From positions 13,942 through 77,941 of the forward strand of contig JAGBEI010000009.1 in assembly GCA_017937065.1 (NCBI GenBank): a stretch of 64,000 bases of DNA, in the 5' to 3' direction. Every line of letters starts with the position of its first letter. The first letter of the stretch is position 1. Shown piece after piece: positions 7,521 through 17,608 of the stretch. This DNA comes from Clostridia bacterium. Its GTDB lineage: Bacteria > Bacillota > Clostridia > Oscillospirales > QAKW01. Made by a program: the position numbers and the translations under genes. The notes under the pieces were generated by a model. That model did not search any database. It was not told the DNA's origin and saw nothing but the letters and a program-made list of their open reading frames with translations.

Positions 7521-7985
7521 TCAATATCTGTTTCTGTCGCGCAGTGTTTTCTGTATGTCGCGGTCAGCCTGCTTTTTTGATTCCACGGCGCGTTTGTCGT
7601 ACAGCTTTTTGCCGCGGCAAAGCCCAACCTCGACTTTAACTTTTGAGCCGGAAAAGTATACGGACAGCGGGATAAGCGACAGTCCGTCCTGCTTTACCTT
7701 GCCGAGCAGCGTCATGATTTCCCGCTTGTGCATGAGCAGCTTTTTGTGCCGCATCGGGTCGCGGTTAAAGACGTTGCCCTTTTCGTAAGGTGATATGTGC
7801 ATGCCTCTGACAAACAGCTCGCCCTTGTCAATGCTGCAAAAGCTGTCTTTAAGATTGACGTTTCCCGCACGCACTGACTTTACCTCGGTGCCGTACAGCT
7901 CAATGCCCGCCTCGTAGGTGCTTAAAATAAAATAGTCGAAATATGCTTTTTTGTTTTTGGAGATTGTTTTTATATGCTCTTTCAT
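7521..7985 (-). CDS. smpB: SsrA-binding protein
   Basis: NKKAYFDY...EAGIELYGTEVKS...GKKLYDKR. Confidence 0.97.
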   Translation of the reverse strand: MKEHIKTISKNKKAYFDYFILSTYEAGIELYGTEVKSVRAGNVNLKDSFCSIDKGELFVRGMHISPYEKGNVFNRDPMRHKKLLMHKREIMTLLGKVKQDGLSLIPLSVYFSGSKVKVEVGLCRGKKLYDKRAVESKKQADRDIQKTLRDRNRY

Positions 7986-8848
7986 CTGATGTCCTTGATA
8001 ATGTTTTCGGGCGGCGTGTCCAAAAGCTCAGGATTGTTGAAAAGCGTTCGCATGTATTTCAGCGCGGACGCAAAATAAAATCCGTCGCATACCCGTTCAT
8101 CCGTTACCACCGCGATGTCGATGTACCGCTTTGTTATCGGCTGACCGTTTTTGTCCAGCTCGTTTTCCCGCCGCTTTGCACCGTATGAAATAAACACCGG
8201 AATGTTGCCGAAATCATACAGATGATGATAAATCGGCGGTATTCCCAGCGAGCCCATAGAGGTGATGGCAAGCGAGGCGTGGAACGGGCTGATGTGCGTC
8301 AAAAACCGCGGCAGCAGTCCGAAATAGTCTATAAACCTTAAAAATCCTACCGTAAATCTCAGCATTACGCCGGGTATGTAGGTGAGAATGCGCGCCGTTG
8401 AGTCAAAGCTGCTCTCGCCGTTTCCGCTTTTGGCTTTGTTCTCCTCTATCAGCTTGTTGAAGTTGTGATAAATTGTCTCTGCGGTGTCGCCGGGGCTCAT
8501 GTAAAACTTGATACATGTGTCGGGCGCTTCGAGGGTCATTTCCTTTTTTATTGTCATCATGACCTCGATGTGGTCGCGCGTGTATATTTTCTGCCCGCGT
8601 ATAAATCTGTTGATACCCGGCTTCTGCGACACGGTTCTTGCGTACACCGCAAGAAATATGTGCAGCATGCCGAAGGAGGAAAGCCCCTCCTGCCTTTTTC
8701 GGCGGATGTATGCCTCCGCTTTTTCGATGTCAATGACGTCTTTTATATAATTCATGGACGTGTTTCTCGTCTTCATGATATACGGCATAACGTATGACAT
8801 GGGCGGCAGCGTTTTGACGCGGCGCCCCTCTTTTGGATATTTACTCAT
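7982..8848 (-). CDS. 2-oxoacid dehydrogenase E2 catalytic-domain-like protein
   Basis: ITSMGSLG and DERVCDG motifs; no lipoyl domain. Confidence 0.7.
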   Translation of the reverse strand: MSKYPKEGRRVKTLPPMSYVMPYIMKTRNTSMNYIKDVIDIEKAEAYIRRKRQEGLSSFGMLHIFLAVYARTVSQKPGINRFIRGQKIYTRDHIEVMMTIKKEMTLEAPDTCIKFYMSPGDTAETIYHNFNKLIEENKAKSGNGESSFDSTARILTYIPGVMLRFTVGFLRFIDYFGLLPRFLTHISPFHASLAITSMGSLGIPPIYHHLYDFGNIPVFISYGAKRRENELDKNGQPITKRYIDIAVVTDERVCDGFYFASALKYMRTLFNNPELLDTPPENIIKDIR

Positions 8849-8996
8849 AAATTTCCCCCAAAATCTGAATATAAACTAATTATATATATAATGATGTGAT
8901 TTGTCAATCAAGTTACATTATTTGATTTTCGGCAGACAAATTATTCTAAAGTTTTCGCGCGCTGCATTAATTTTTTTTAAAAAACCGAAAAAGTGG

Positions 8997-9025
8997 TTGC
9001 AAAATCGGATATAATATTATACAAT
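8997..9025 (+). promoter_or_regulatory. sigmaA promoter of gap
   Basis: TTGCAA-17 bp-TACAAT. Confidence 0.55.
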
Positions 9026-9064
9026 AATCGTTGGAAAATTTTTATTTAAACGGAGGATATAAAA

Positions 9065-10075
9065 ATGGTAAAAGTTGCTATCAATGGATTCGGAAGAATC
9101 GGCAGACTTGCTTTCAGACAGATGTTCGGCGCAGAGGGCTATGAGGTTGTCGCTATCAACGACCTTACAAACCCCGCTATGCTTGCGCATCTTCTCAAGT
9201 ATGACTCGGCTCAGGGCAGATATGCTCTTGCCGATAAGGTAGTTGCCGGTGAAGATTCCATCACGGTTGACGGCAAGACAATTAAAATCTATGCCGAGAA
9301 GGACGCCAAGGATTTGCCCTGGGGTGAAATCGGCGTTGACGTTGTTTTGGAGTGTACGGGCTTCTACACCTCAAAGGCAAAGGCTCAGGCTCATATAGAT
9401 GCGGGCGCTAAAAAGGTTGTTATCTCCGCTCCTGCCGGCAACGACCTGCCCACAGTTGTTTTCAGCGTTAATGAAAAGACGCTTACAAAGGACGACAAGA
9501 TTATCTCTGCCGCTTCCTGTACTACAAACTGCCTTGCTCCCATGGCTAAGGCTCTCAACGATTACGCAGCTATCCAGAGCGGTATCATGACAACCGTTCA
9601 TGCCTTTACCGGCGACCAGATGGTTCTTGACGGTCCCCACAGAAAGGGTGACCTGCGCCGTGCACGCGCTGCTGCCGTAAATATCGTTCCCAACTCCACA
9701 GGTGCCGCAAAGGCTATCGGTCTTGTTATACCCGAACTTAACGGCAAGCTTATCGGTTCCGCTCAGCGTGTTCCCGTTCCGACCGGTTCAACAACAATTC
9801 TTGTTGCCGTTGTTAAGGGCAAGGACGTTACCGTTGACGGTATTAACGCCGCTATGAAGGCAGCGTCTTCCGCCTCATTCGGCTACACCGAGGAGCAGCT
9901 TGTATCCTCTGACGTTATCGGTATCACCTACGGCTCGCTCTTTGACGCCACTCAGACAATGGTTACAAAGATTGACGACGATACCTATCAGGTACAGGTA
10001 GTATCCTGGTATGACAACGAGAACTCCTACACCAGCCAGATGGTAAGAACTATCAAATACTTCGCTGAGATGTAA
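9065..10075 (+). CDS. gap: Type I glyceraldehyde-3-phosphate dehydrogenase
   Basis: [25 protein letters not shown]. Confidence 0.98.
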   Translation: MVKVAINGFGRIGRLAFRQMFGAEGYEVVAINDLTNPAMLAHLLKYDSAQGRYALADKVVAGEDSITVDGKTIKIYAEKDAKDLPWGEIGVDVVLECTGFYTSKAKAQAHIDAGAKKVVISAPAGNDLPTVVFSVNEKTLTKDDKIISAASCTTNCLAPMAKALNDYAAIQSGIMTTVHAFTGDQMVLDGPHRKGDLRRARAAAVNIVPNSTGAAKAIGLVIPELNGKLIGSAQRVPVPTGSTTILVAVVKGKDVTVDGINAAMKAASSASFGYTEEQLVSSDVIGITYGSLFDATQTMVTKIDDDTYQVQVVSWYDNENSYTSQMVRTIKYFAEM

Positions 10076-10092
10076 TTTTTTCTCTGAATACT

Positions 10093-10122
10093 CAAAAGGC
10101 TCTGATTTTTCAGAGCCTTTTG
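10093..10122 (+). terminator. gap terminator
   Basis: CAAAAGGCTCTGA-TTT-TCAGAGCCTTTTG. Confidence 0.8.
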
Positions 10123-10231
10123 TTGCATTTTGGCGTCTGATGTGTTATCTTTAATATGTCACTTAACTGAAAAAGCACAGCCCCGTTAACAGTTAATGCA
10201 GTAACCCGATTTACGGAAAGGACGTCAGTCA

Positions 10232-11008
10232 ATGAAAATTTGTACCAAATGCGGAGCATATAATTCGGATGATCGAAAATTTTGCGTAGATTGCAGCGAA
10301 AAGCTGGGCAATGTGTTATCGGCGTCCGAGGAGCGGCAAATGCGCGATAACCTTAATAAAAGAATGGATGAAATGTATAACAGAAACGAGCCGCTTTATG
10401 TAAGTAAATTTGATAAAGCCATCGGTGCGGTATCTATTGCAGGTATTTTATGCAGCATAGTTTTATTGATAATAGGCAAAATCACTCAGCGCAGCTTTGA
10501 GCTTTTGTGGGCTGGAATTATAATTTTCCTGTTGGCGTGCGTTGAGGCGTTTATGCCTAAGGTTACATGGGCTGTCAGAAAGCTGAGGCTAAGGTTTTCC
10601 GTAAGTAATGCACGGATTGCCGAGCCAAGCCGGTTTTATATGTATTGCCGCAAGGCGGCGGTTGTATTTATGGCGGTGATGGGCATTGTGATACTTGCAA
10701 CAAATTTACGTGATTTTAAGCATCCGCCGATTAGGCGGTATATTTCGGACATTGCAGCGACGGAAAGTGTTGAAGCAGGCAGCAGTACAAGAGATTATAT
10801 CAATGCCAACCCCGATAAATGGGAAAAAATTCTGAATGAAGGTGATTATACAATCGGAATTTTTGTCTCCGAACTTGAAAAGGCAGACAGCACGGGGCTT
10901 GACGAGTGGCTTATGATGGAAGCTGTTACTGAAATATCGGGCATAAATGATATGTTTTATACCAATAAGGATGACTTTTTGCTTGTGTACAGCACTTACG
11001 GATGGTAA
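10232..11008 (+). CDS. Zinc-ribbon membrane protein
   Basis: N-terminal CxxC...CxxC, three TM segments. Confidence 0.65.
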   Translation: MKICTKCGAYNSDDRKFCVDCSEKLGNVLSASEERQMRDNLNKRMDEMYNRNEPLYVSKFDKAIGAVSIAGILCSIVLLIIGKITQRSFELLWAGIIIFLLACVEAFMPKVTWAVRKLRLRFSVSNARIAEPSRFYMYCRKAAVVFMAVMGIVILATNLRDFKHPPIRRYISDIAATESVEAGSSTRDYINANPDKWEKILNEGDYTIGIFVSELEKADSTGLDEWLMMEAVTEISGINDMFYTNKDDFLLVYSTYGW

Positions 11009-11081
11009 AAGCAAAAATCGTTTCGGTAAAGTGTTTGTGCACTGACCTGAGATAAACATATATATAAAAGGAGGGGTAACT

Positions 11082-12308
11082 GTGCTTTTTCATATTTACT
11101 GCACGGCGGCGGTGATTTTTTTCGTTATCAGTATAATTTTACTTCAAAAGAACAGGACCGCGGGCAGGGCAATGCTTACCGTAAGTACGGTAGCTTTTAT
11201 ATTTCCCGCACTGTTTTATATGTGGGTTTTGTCCGTTTTTTATTTCATGTATACGGTTTTGGCTGTAATCTGCGGTATTATTACAATATTGCTGGCGATT
11301 ACAATTCTGCTCGCTATATGGGGACAGCTTAAGAAAAAACCGATTATAATCGGTGCGGTCGCGGCTTTTGCAATATGCTTTACCGTGCTTTTCGGGTATA
11401 AAAGCTACCGTTCATGGCTGGTTAAGGTGCCGACGGTGGGAGAGGGCGCGGATTTGCTTTATGAGTATTCACCGCTTAACGATCAGGCAAAAACGGCTGT
11501 TCTTGACTCTCCGTGCGAGCTTAAAATAAATTCGGATTTTCCCCGGCTTGACGGCGCCACGGCGTTGTATCCTGTGTATTCTGCCTTTGCAAACGCCGTT
11601 TATCCCGAATATATACAGCGTGACGAGCAGTATCTGACCTGCTCGACAACAGGCAATGCGTATAATAAAATCGTTTCGGGGAAGGCGGACATTATTTTTG
11701 TCGCCGCGCCGTCCGAAAAGCAGAAGCAGTATGCCGAAAGCCACGGCGTCGAGCTTGAATTTACTCCGATAGGGCGGGAGGCTTTCGTATTTTTCGTAAA
11801 CTCGCAGAATCCGCTTGAAAACATAACTGTCGGGCAGATTCAGGACATATATTCCGGCAAAATCACAAAATGGTCTCAGCTGGGAGTGCAGAAGCTCGGT
11901 AAGATAAAGGCGTTTCAGCGCGACGAGGGCAGCGGCAGCCAAAGCGCGCTTTTGCGTCTTATGGAGGGCAAAACCCTGACGGAGCCGATAAAAGATGAGG
12001 TGTCCGGCGACATGGGCGGCATTATAAATACTGTTGCCGACTATAAAAATTTCAAAAACGCAATAGGCTTTTCTTTCCGCTTTTATTGCACCGAGATGGT
12101 GAACAACAATCAGATAAAGCTTTTGGGTGTGAACGGTGTCAAGCCCACGGAGGAAAACGTGGAAAACGGGTCGTATCCTATATCGAACAGCTTTTTTGCC
12201 GTTACCAGAAAGGATAAAACGGAAAACACCGCGCGCTTTTTGGAGTGGATGCAGGGTGAGCAGGGCAGGGAGCTTGTTGAAAAGACGGGGTATACTCCGC
12301 CAAAATAA
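11082..12308 (+). CDS. Membrane-anchored PstS-like substrate-binding domain protein
   Basis: Four N-terminal TM segments; LDGATALYP, PIGREAFVFFVN, QRDEGSGSQ. Confidence 0.8.
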   Translation: MLFHIYCTAAVIFFVISIILLQKNRTAGRAMLTVSTVAFIFPALFYMWVLSVFYFMYTVLAVICGIITILLAITILLAIWGQLKKKPIIIGAVAAFAICFTVLFGYKSYRSWLVKVPTVGEGADLLYEYSPLNDQAKTAVLDSPCELKINSDFPRLDGATALYPVYSAFANAVYPEYIQRDEQYLTCSTTGNAYNKIVSGKADIIFVAAPSEKQKQYAESHGVELEFTPIGREAFVFFVNSQNPLENITVGQIQDIYSGKITKWSQLGVQKLGKIKAFQRDEGSGSQSALLRLMEGKTLTEPIKDEVSGDMGGIINTVADYKNFKNAIGFSFRFYCTEMVNNNQIKLLGVNGVKPTEENVENGSYPISNSFFAVTRKDKTENTARFLEWMQGEQGRELVEKTGYTPPK

Positions 12309-12333
12309 ACTTGTGTACAGGCAAAAAATGTGT

Positions 12334-12363
12334 GCATAAAATAAACGTGCTTCTCATAATCAT
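12334..12363 (+). promoter_or_regulatory. sigmaE-type promoter of spoIVA
   Basis: GCATAAA-14 bp-CATAATCAT; spoIVA is an established sigmaE target. Confidence 0.6.
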
Positions 12364-12397
12364 GTACAAAAGAAAGTATGATACGGAGGAGCACAAG

Positions 12398-13879
12398 ATG
12401 GCGACGCAAACAGACATATACCGCGACATTGCAACGCGCACGGGCGGGGACATCTATATCGGAGTGGTAGGACCTGTGCGCACGGGCAAATCCACGTTTA
12501 TAAAAAAATTTATGGAGACGCTCGTTATTCCCAATATTCCCAACGAATTTAAGCGCGAGCGCGCGGTTGACGAGCTGCCGCAGTCCGCCGCCGGAAAAAC
12601 TATCATGACCACCGAGCCCAAATTTATTCCCGACGAGGCAGTGGAGATTGTGATGGACGATAATGCGCACTTCAATGTGCGCATGATAGACTGCGTGGGT
12701 TACGTTGTTGACAGCGCGCTGGGCTATATAGAGAATGAACAGCCCCGCCGCGTGATGACGCCGTGGGACGAAAATGAGATGGAGTTTCAGCAGGCGGCGG
12801 AAATCGGCACAAGGAAGGTCATAAACGAGCATTCCACCATCGGTCTTGTAATCACGACCGACGGCAGTATAGGCGAGATTCCGCGTTCCGATTACGAGCC
12901 GGTGGAACGCAGGATAATAGACGAGCTAAAGGCGATAGATAAGCCGTTTGTTCTGCTTGTCAACTCTATGTTTCCCGACAGTGACAGCGCACAGACGCTG
13001 CGTGCGCGGCTTGAGGAGGAGTATGACGTACCCGCTATGTGCGTCAACTGTCTTGAGCTTGACCAGAACCAAATACTTGATATAATCAAAACAGTGCTGA
13101 TGGAGTTTCCGCTCAAACAGATAGAGGTTAATATTCCGGAGTGGATAAACAGCCTTGACAGTACGCATTGGCTAAAGCGCGACATCTGCGCCGCGCTTAC
13201 CGACAGTGCGCGCGACCTGCACAATATCCGCGAGGTTAAAAAGATGGTGACAGGTCTTGCCGATATGGAGCGGCTGGAGAGCTGTCGTCTGTCCGGCATG
13301 GATTTGGGCGTGGGCAGCGCCGATATAAAGCTTGACTTTGATAAAGAGCTTTACTATAAAATACTGAGCGAAACCGCGGGCGTTGATATTGCTGACGACG
13401 GCGAGCTCATCGAGTTTATAACCGCCATGTCCTCTGTGAAGGAGAAATACGATAAAATAAAATCCGCCTTTGAGGAGGCGCAGGCGACAGGCTACGGAAT
13501 TGTAAATCCGGGCATGGAGGATTTGACATTAGACGAGCCGGAAATATTCAAGCAGGGAGGACGCTTCGGCGTAAAGCTGAAGGCGAGCGCACCGTCTTAT
13601 CACATCATTCAGGCAAATATCAAGGCGGAGGTAAGTCCTATTGTCGGAAGCGAGAAGCAGAGCGAGGAGCTCATTATGTACCTCATGGAGGATTTTGAGG
13701 AAAATCCGCAGAAAATCTGGGAGTCCAATATCTTCGGAAAATCCGTTCATGAGCTTGTCAATGAGGGGCTTCAGAATAAGCTTTCCAAGATGCCGGAGGA
13801 CGCGCGCTACAAGCTCCAGGAAACACTGTCGCGTATAATCAACGAGGGCAGCGGCGGACTTATCTGCATAATTCTTTAA
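12398..13879 (+). CDS. spoIVA: Stage IV sporulation protein A
   Basis: GVVGPVRTGKSTFIKKF...GSGGLICIIL; ATG 12398 after GGAGG. Confidence 0.97.
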   Translation: MATQTDIYRDIATRTGGDIYIGVVGPVRTGKSTFIKKFMETLVIPNIPNEFKRERAVDELPQSAAGKTIMTTEPKFIPDEAVEIVMDDNAHFNVRMIDCVGYVVDSALGYIENEQPRRVMTPWDENEMEFQQAAEIGTRKVINEHSTIGLVITTDGSIGEIPRSDYEPVERRIIDELKAIDKPFVLLVNSMFPDSDSAQTLRARLEEEYDVPAMCVNCLELDQNQILDIIKTVLMEFPLKQIEVNIPEWINSLDSTHWLKRDICAALTDSARDLHNIREVKKMVTGLADMERLESCRLSGMDLGVGSADIKLDFDKELYYKILSETAGVDIADDGELIEFITAMSSVKEKYDKIKSAFEEAQATGYGIVNPGMEDLTLDEPEIFKQGGRFGVKLKASAPSYHIIQANIKAEVSPIVGSEKQSEELIMYLMEDFEENPQKIWESNIFGKSVHELVNEGLQNKLSKMPEDARYKLQETLSRIINEGSGGLICIIL

Positions 13880-13897
13880 AAATAATAAAAATTCTGA

Positions 13898-13925
13898 AAG
13901 AGGAGCGAAATTTTCCGCTCCTCTT
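13898..13925 (+). terminator. spoIVA terminator
   Basis: AAGAGGAGCG...CGCTCCTCTT. Confidence 0.65.
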
Positions 13926-13975
13926 AATGTATTTTATGCCCAAAAGTGTTAATAATAAACTGCGGAGGTGATAAT

Positions 13976-14116
13976 ATGACGGATAATGAAAAGAGCATCG
14001 GAGAGTACATGGACAGCCTTCCTGAGTATATACAGGAGAATATTAAGCAGAGCGGTGTTAAAATCGAGAGCGTGGAACAGCTGAAAAAGATTGCTCAGAG
14101 CATACAGGAAAAATAA
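13976..14116 (+). CDS. Small 46-aa protein, not in the ORF track
   Basis: GGAGGTG RBS, MTDNEKSIGEYMDSLPEYIQENIKQSGVKIESVEQLKKIAQSIQEK*, own terminator. Confidence 0.75.
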   Translation: MTDNEKSIGEYMDSLPEYIQENIKQSGVKIESVEQLKKIAQSIQEK

Positions 14117-14128
14117 AAATATAATATC

Positions 14129-14164
14129 AAAATAACCTCCGCACATAGCTGCGGAGGTTATTTT
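14129..14164 (+). terminator. Intrinsic terminator
   Basis: AAATAACCTCCGCA-CATAGC-TGCGGAGGTTATTTT. Confidence 0.8.
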
Positions 14165-14301
14165 ATTTCTGTAATATTTCATAACTCGACTGATTTTTGC
14201 CTGATTTTATGCGGATTCATATAATATTAAGCTAAATATTCCGCTTGATATTTACAATGCAGCAAATAAATTATATACTAAGCTGTGTAAAGGGTGGTAA
14301 C

Positions 14302-16590
14302 ATGAAAAATTTTATTAGGTCACGCCCGCTGTTTTGCATGTGTCTTTGCGGAACGGCAAGTGCGTTTGTGTGCTCGTTTTTAAAAAGCGAGATGATTTTT
14401 GCATGCTTTTGTGCATTTTTGTTTTCGATGCTTTTTGTTCTGCCGCTGAAGTTTGAGCTGCGGCGCGTTGTTTTGTCTATGCTCGCTTTCGCGGCGGTTA
14501 TGTCTTTGTCTTTCTTCGTATATTACGGATTTTCCTATGAAAGGGCGTGCAGGCTTAACGGGCAGACGCTGACCGCCGAGTGTACCGTGCTGTCGCAGTC
14601 ACGGAAAACCTCCGGAGGCGGTCTTACCTTTGATGTCAGGATAAAGGAGATAACAAGCGGAGCCTCCGACCTTCCGACAGGCTGTAAGGTTCGCCTTTAC
14701 TGCGATGACGATGAAAAACTCAACCTTGTTCCGAGTGCGTATATCAAAGCCTCGTTTACTGTATATGAAGCTGAGGACAACAATAAATTCGATTCCGACG
14801 GAGTACATATCAGCGCTTATGCTGCTGACCTTGCGGTGCTCAGCCCTTTTGATTTCGGCTCTTTTGCTTATCAGTGCTTTAAAATCAGAAATTTTGCGGC
14901 AGACAGGATAGAGTTTGAAAACGCGGACGCCTCGGCTTTTGTAAAGGGTATGATACTCGGTGACAAAAGCGGCATTTCCGCTGTCTTTTTAAATAAATTT
15001 TCCGAAATCGGTATGTCCCACGTCATGGCTGTCAGCGGAATGCATCTGATGTTTGCTGTTTTGTTTTTTGACTTTATTCTGTCCGTTTTCGGCGCGGGAT
15101 ATAAGCTGCGCGCCCTGTTCTCCTTTGCTGCGGCAGCCCTGTTTCTGGTGCTCAGCGGGTTTTCCGTGTCCTGTATCCGCTCTGCCGTTATGATATCGGT
15201 GCTTTACGGCGGCAGACTTATCAACAGATTTTCCGACAGTCTGACATCTCTTTCTTTTGCAGTCTTTGTAATACTTTTGCTGTCTCCCTATAATATTCAA
15301 AATCCGTCGTTTCTGCTTTCCGCCTGTGCGACGTTCGGGATAATTGTCTTTTCGCGTATGCTGAGCTTTGCCCGGTTTTTCAGGATTAAAAACAGTGTTG
15401 TAAAAAGGATTGCCGACGCTGTTTTCGGCTCTCTTTCGGTCTCGCTTTCCGCGTGTATCGGGTGTCTTCCCGTATTTGTGCTGATGTTCAAAAAGGTTAA
15501 TCTTCTGTCGCCCCTTTCCAATCTGCTGCTTATACTTCCGGTACAGCTTATGTTTTATACGGGGTTTGCGGCTGTGCTTTTTCCGTTTTTGTCGTCTGCC
15601 GCCGGCGCCGTTATTTCCGTGCTTTATAAATTTGTAAGCTGTGTCGCGGATTTTGAATACGGGCTGAGATATACCTCCGTCACAGCGGAGTATGAATATT
15701 TTTATCCCGTGTTTGCAGTGCTTGCGGTGCTGATTGTCGGAGCTTTTGTTTATAACTCGAATTTACCGGAAAAACGGGTATACCCTTTTGTTTTGGGTTA
15801 CGCAGTGCTCTGCTGCGTGTTGTTTTGCGTGAATTTCGTGCTGAGCAAGGACACAGTTACGGTTGACTTTGTCGATGTGGGACAGGGCAGCTGCACCGTT
15901 TTCAGTAAGGACGAACGCGCGGTCATTGTCGACTGCGGCGGAGAGTATTCCGATAATTTGATTGAAACACTGCGGTTTCGGTCGGTAAAAAGGATTGAAG
16001 CTATAGCCCTGACTCATACCGACTATGACCATATAAAATACCTTGACTACTTGATTAATTCGTATGAAATTGATAAAATAATATATCCGCATTTTGCAGA
16101 CAGTTCAAAAACGGAACAATCGCTTTCCCGCGCCGCGGAAAACGGGACTTGTATTTGCGTGCTTGAAGACGATATTTCTTTTGACGTCTTAAACGGCGCA
16201 CAGCTTTCTGTATTTGTAGAGCTTGCGGACAGGCTGATTTCCGATACGAATGTGAGCGCGCTGTATAAATTGAGCTTTGCCGGAAGCTCGGTTGTGTGTC
16301 CCGGAGACATGGACGTTTATGAGGAACGCCTGTATCTTGATTATGGGGACGCGCTTGACTGTGATATTCTGCTTGCGGCGCATCACGGAGCGAACAACTC
16401 CTCGCTTGCATGGATACTTGAGCTGTATTCGCCGCGGTATTCCGTTATAAGCGTCGGGCGAGACAACGGTTACGGTCATCCGGGCGGCAAGGCGCTTTCA
16501 AGACTTGAGGCAGTGTCTGAAATTTTACGCACCGACGAGCGGGGAACAATTACTTTTAAATTAGATAAAAAAGGATACAGGCTTGCATAA
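14302..16590 (+). CDS. comEC: ComEC/Rec2 DNA-uptake competence protein
   Basis: SHVMAVSGMH competence motif; C-terminal MBL domain (DVGQG, THTDYDH, HHG, YGHP). Confidence 0.92.
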   Translation: MKNFIRSRPLFCMCLCGTASAFVCSFLKSEMIFACFCAFLFSMLFVLPLKFELRRVVLSMLAFAAVMSLSFFVYYGFSYERACRLNGQTLTAECTVLSQSRKTSGGGLTFDVRIKEITSGASDLPTGCKVRLYCDDDEKLNLVPSAYIKASFTVYEAEDNNKFDSDGVHISAYAADLAVLSPFDFGSFAYQCFKIRNFAADRIEFENADASAFVKGMILGDKSGISAVFLNKFSEIGMSHVMAVSGMHLMFAVLFFDFILSVFGAGYKLRALFSFAAAALFLVLSGFSVSCIRSAVMISVLYGGRLINRFSDSLTSLSFAVFVILLLSPYNIQNPSFLLSACATFGIIVFSRMLSFARFFRIKNSVVKRIADAVFGSLSVSLSACIGCLPVFVLMFKKVNLLSPLSNLLLILPVQLMFYTGFAAVLFPFLSSAAGAVISVLYKFVSCVADFEYGLRYTSVTAEYEYFYPVFAVLAVLIVGAFVYNSNLPEKRVYPFVLGYAVLCCVLFCVNFVLSKDTVTVDFVDVGQGSCTVFSKDERAVIVDCGGEYSDNLIETLRFRSVKRIEAIALTHTDYDHIKYLDYLINSYEIDKIIYPHFADSSKTEQSLSRAAENGTCICVLEDDISFDVLNGAQLSVFVELADRLISDTNVSALYKLSFAGSSVVCPGDMDVYEERLYLDYGDALDCDILLAAHHGANNSSLAWILELYSPRYSVISVGRDNGYGHPGGKALSRLEAVSEILRTDERGTITFKLDKKGYRLA

Positions 16591-17608
16591 AATGAGTGTT
16601 AAAACAATTACCGAGAACTTAAAAAGCAAAGACTTTCAGCGGCTGTACTATATCTACGGCGATGAGGAGTACCTTAAACGCCACTATTATTCTCAGCTGA
16701 TGAGCGAGTCCGTGACAGCACTTCCCGAATTCAATGCCGCAGAACTTGACGGAAGAGCGTTTGACCTTGCCGAGTTTGAGAATATCACAAACGGCTATCC
16801 CGCAATGTCGGACAGAAAAGCCGTAGGTGTAATTGACTTTGACAATTCGCTTCTTAAAAAGAATTTCACGGCTGATTTTACCGAAGTGCTCAGACAAATT
16901 CCTGATTTTTGTACGGTAGTGTTTTTAGATACTCAGCTTAAAAGCGGCGTGAGTAATACCGCGCTTTTGAAAGCGATTGACGGCAGCGGCGGAGTCTGCG
17001 CCAAGGTGGACAAGCCGTCGCTGTCCGGGCTTGCCTCATGGGCGGCGCGTCATTTTAAAAGCGAGGGCAAGAGCATTGCCGGGGACGATATACGCTATAT
17101 GCTTGAAATCGCAGATACCGATATGCTGTCGCTGAGCAATGAGATATCCAAGCTGTGCAGCGGCGTGGCAGGTGATACTGTCACACGGCGGGACATCGAC
17201 AGGCTTGTGACAAGGAGCATTGAGGCAAACCGGTTTGAAATTATCGACGCATTCTGTAACGGGGATTACGATAGGGTAAATTCGGTTATTGACAGACTTT
17301 ACCGTCAGAATATCGATGATATAATGATTGCAAACGTATTTTACCGTGCCTTTTTGGATTTATGGCACGCGCGGACGGCGCTGGACAGCGGCAAAACTCA
17401 GAGCGATATGGTTCGCGATTTTTCGATGAAGCCGTTTGCCGCGGCAAAGGCGCTGAAAAACGCAAAAAGCATGAGCCCGCAGTTTTTGCATGACGCGGTG
17501 CTTTTGTGTCTTAAGCTGGATCGTGAGCTGAAAAGCACGCCTTTTAATAAACGTGATTTAATCACCGTGTTTTTGGCTGATGTGACAGGCAGGCGCCGCC
17601 GTGGATAA
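16583..17608 (+). CDS. holA: DNA polymerase III delta subunit
   Basis: LYYIYGDEEYL; conserved comEC-holA order. Confidence 0.9.
   Translation: MHKMSVKTITENLKSKDFQRLYYIYGDEEYLKRHYYSQLMSESVTALPEFNAAELDGRAFDLAEFENITNGYPAMSDRKAVGVIDFDNSLLKKNFTADFTEVLRQIPDFCTVVFLDTQLKSGVSNTALLKAIDGSGGVCAKVDKPSLSGLASWAARHFKSEGKSIAGDDIRYMLEIADTDMLSLSNEISKLCSGVAGDTVTRRDIDRLVTRSIEANRFEIIDAFCNGDYDRVNSVIDRLYRQNIDDIMIANVFYRAFLDLWHARTALDSGKTQSDMVRDFSMKPFAAAKALKNAKSMSPQFLHDAVLLCLKLDRELKSTPFNKRDLITVFLADVTGRRRRG

Noticed and set aside
13949-14182. 77-aa minus-strand ORF
   Set aside because: The plus-strand 46-aa ORF has the RBS, promoter and terminator.
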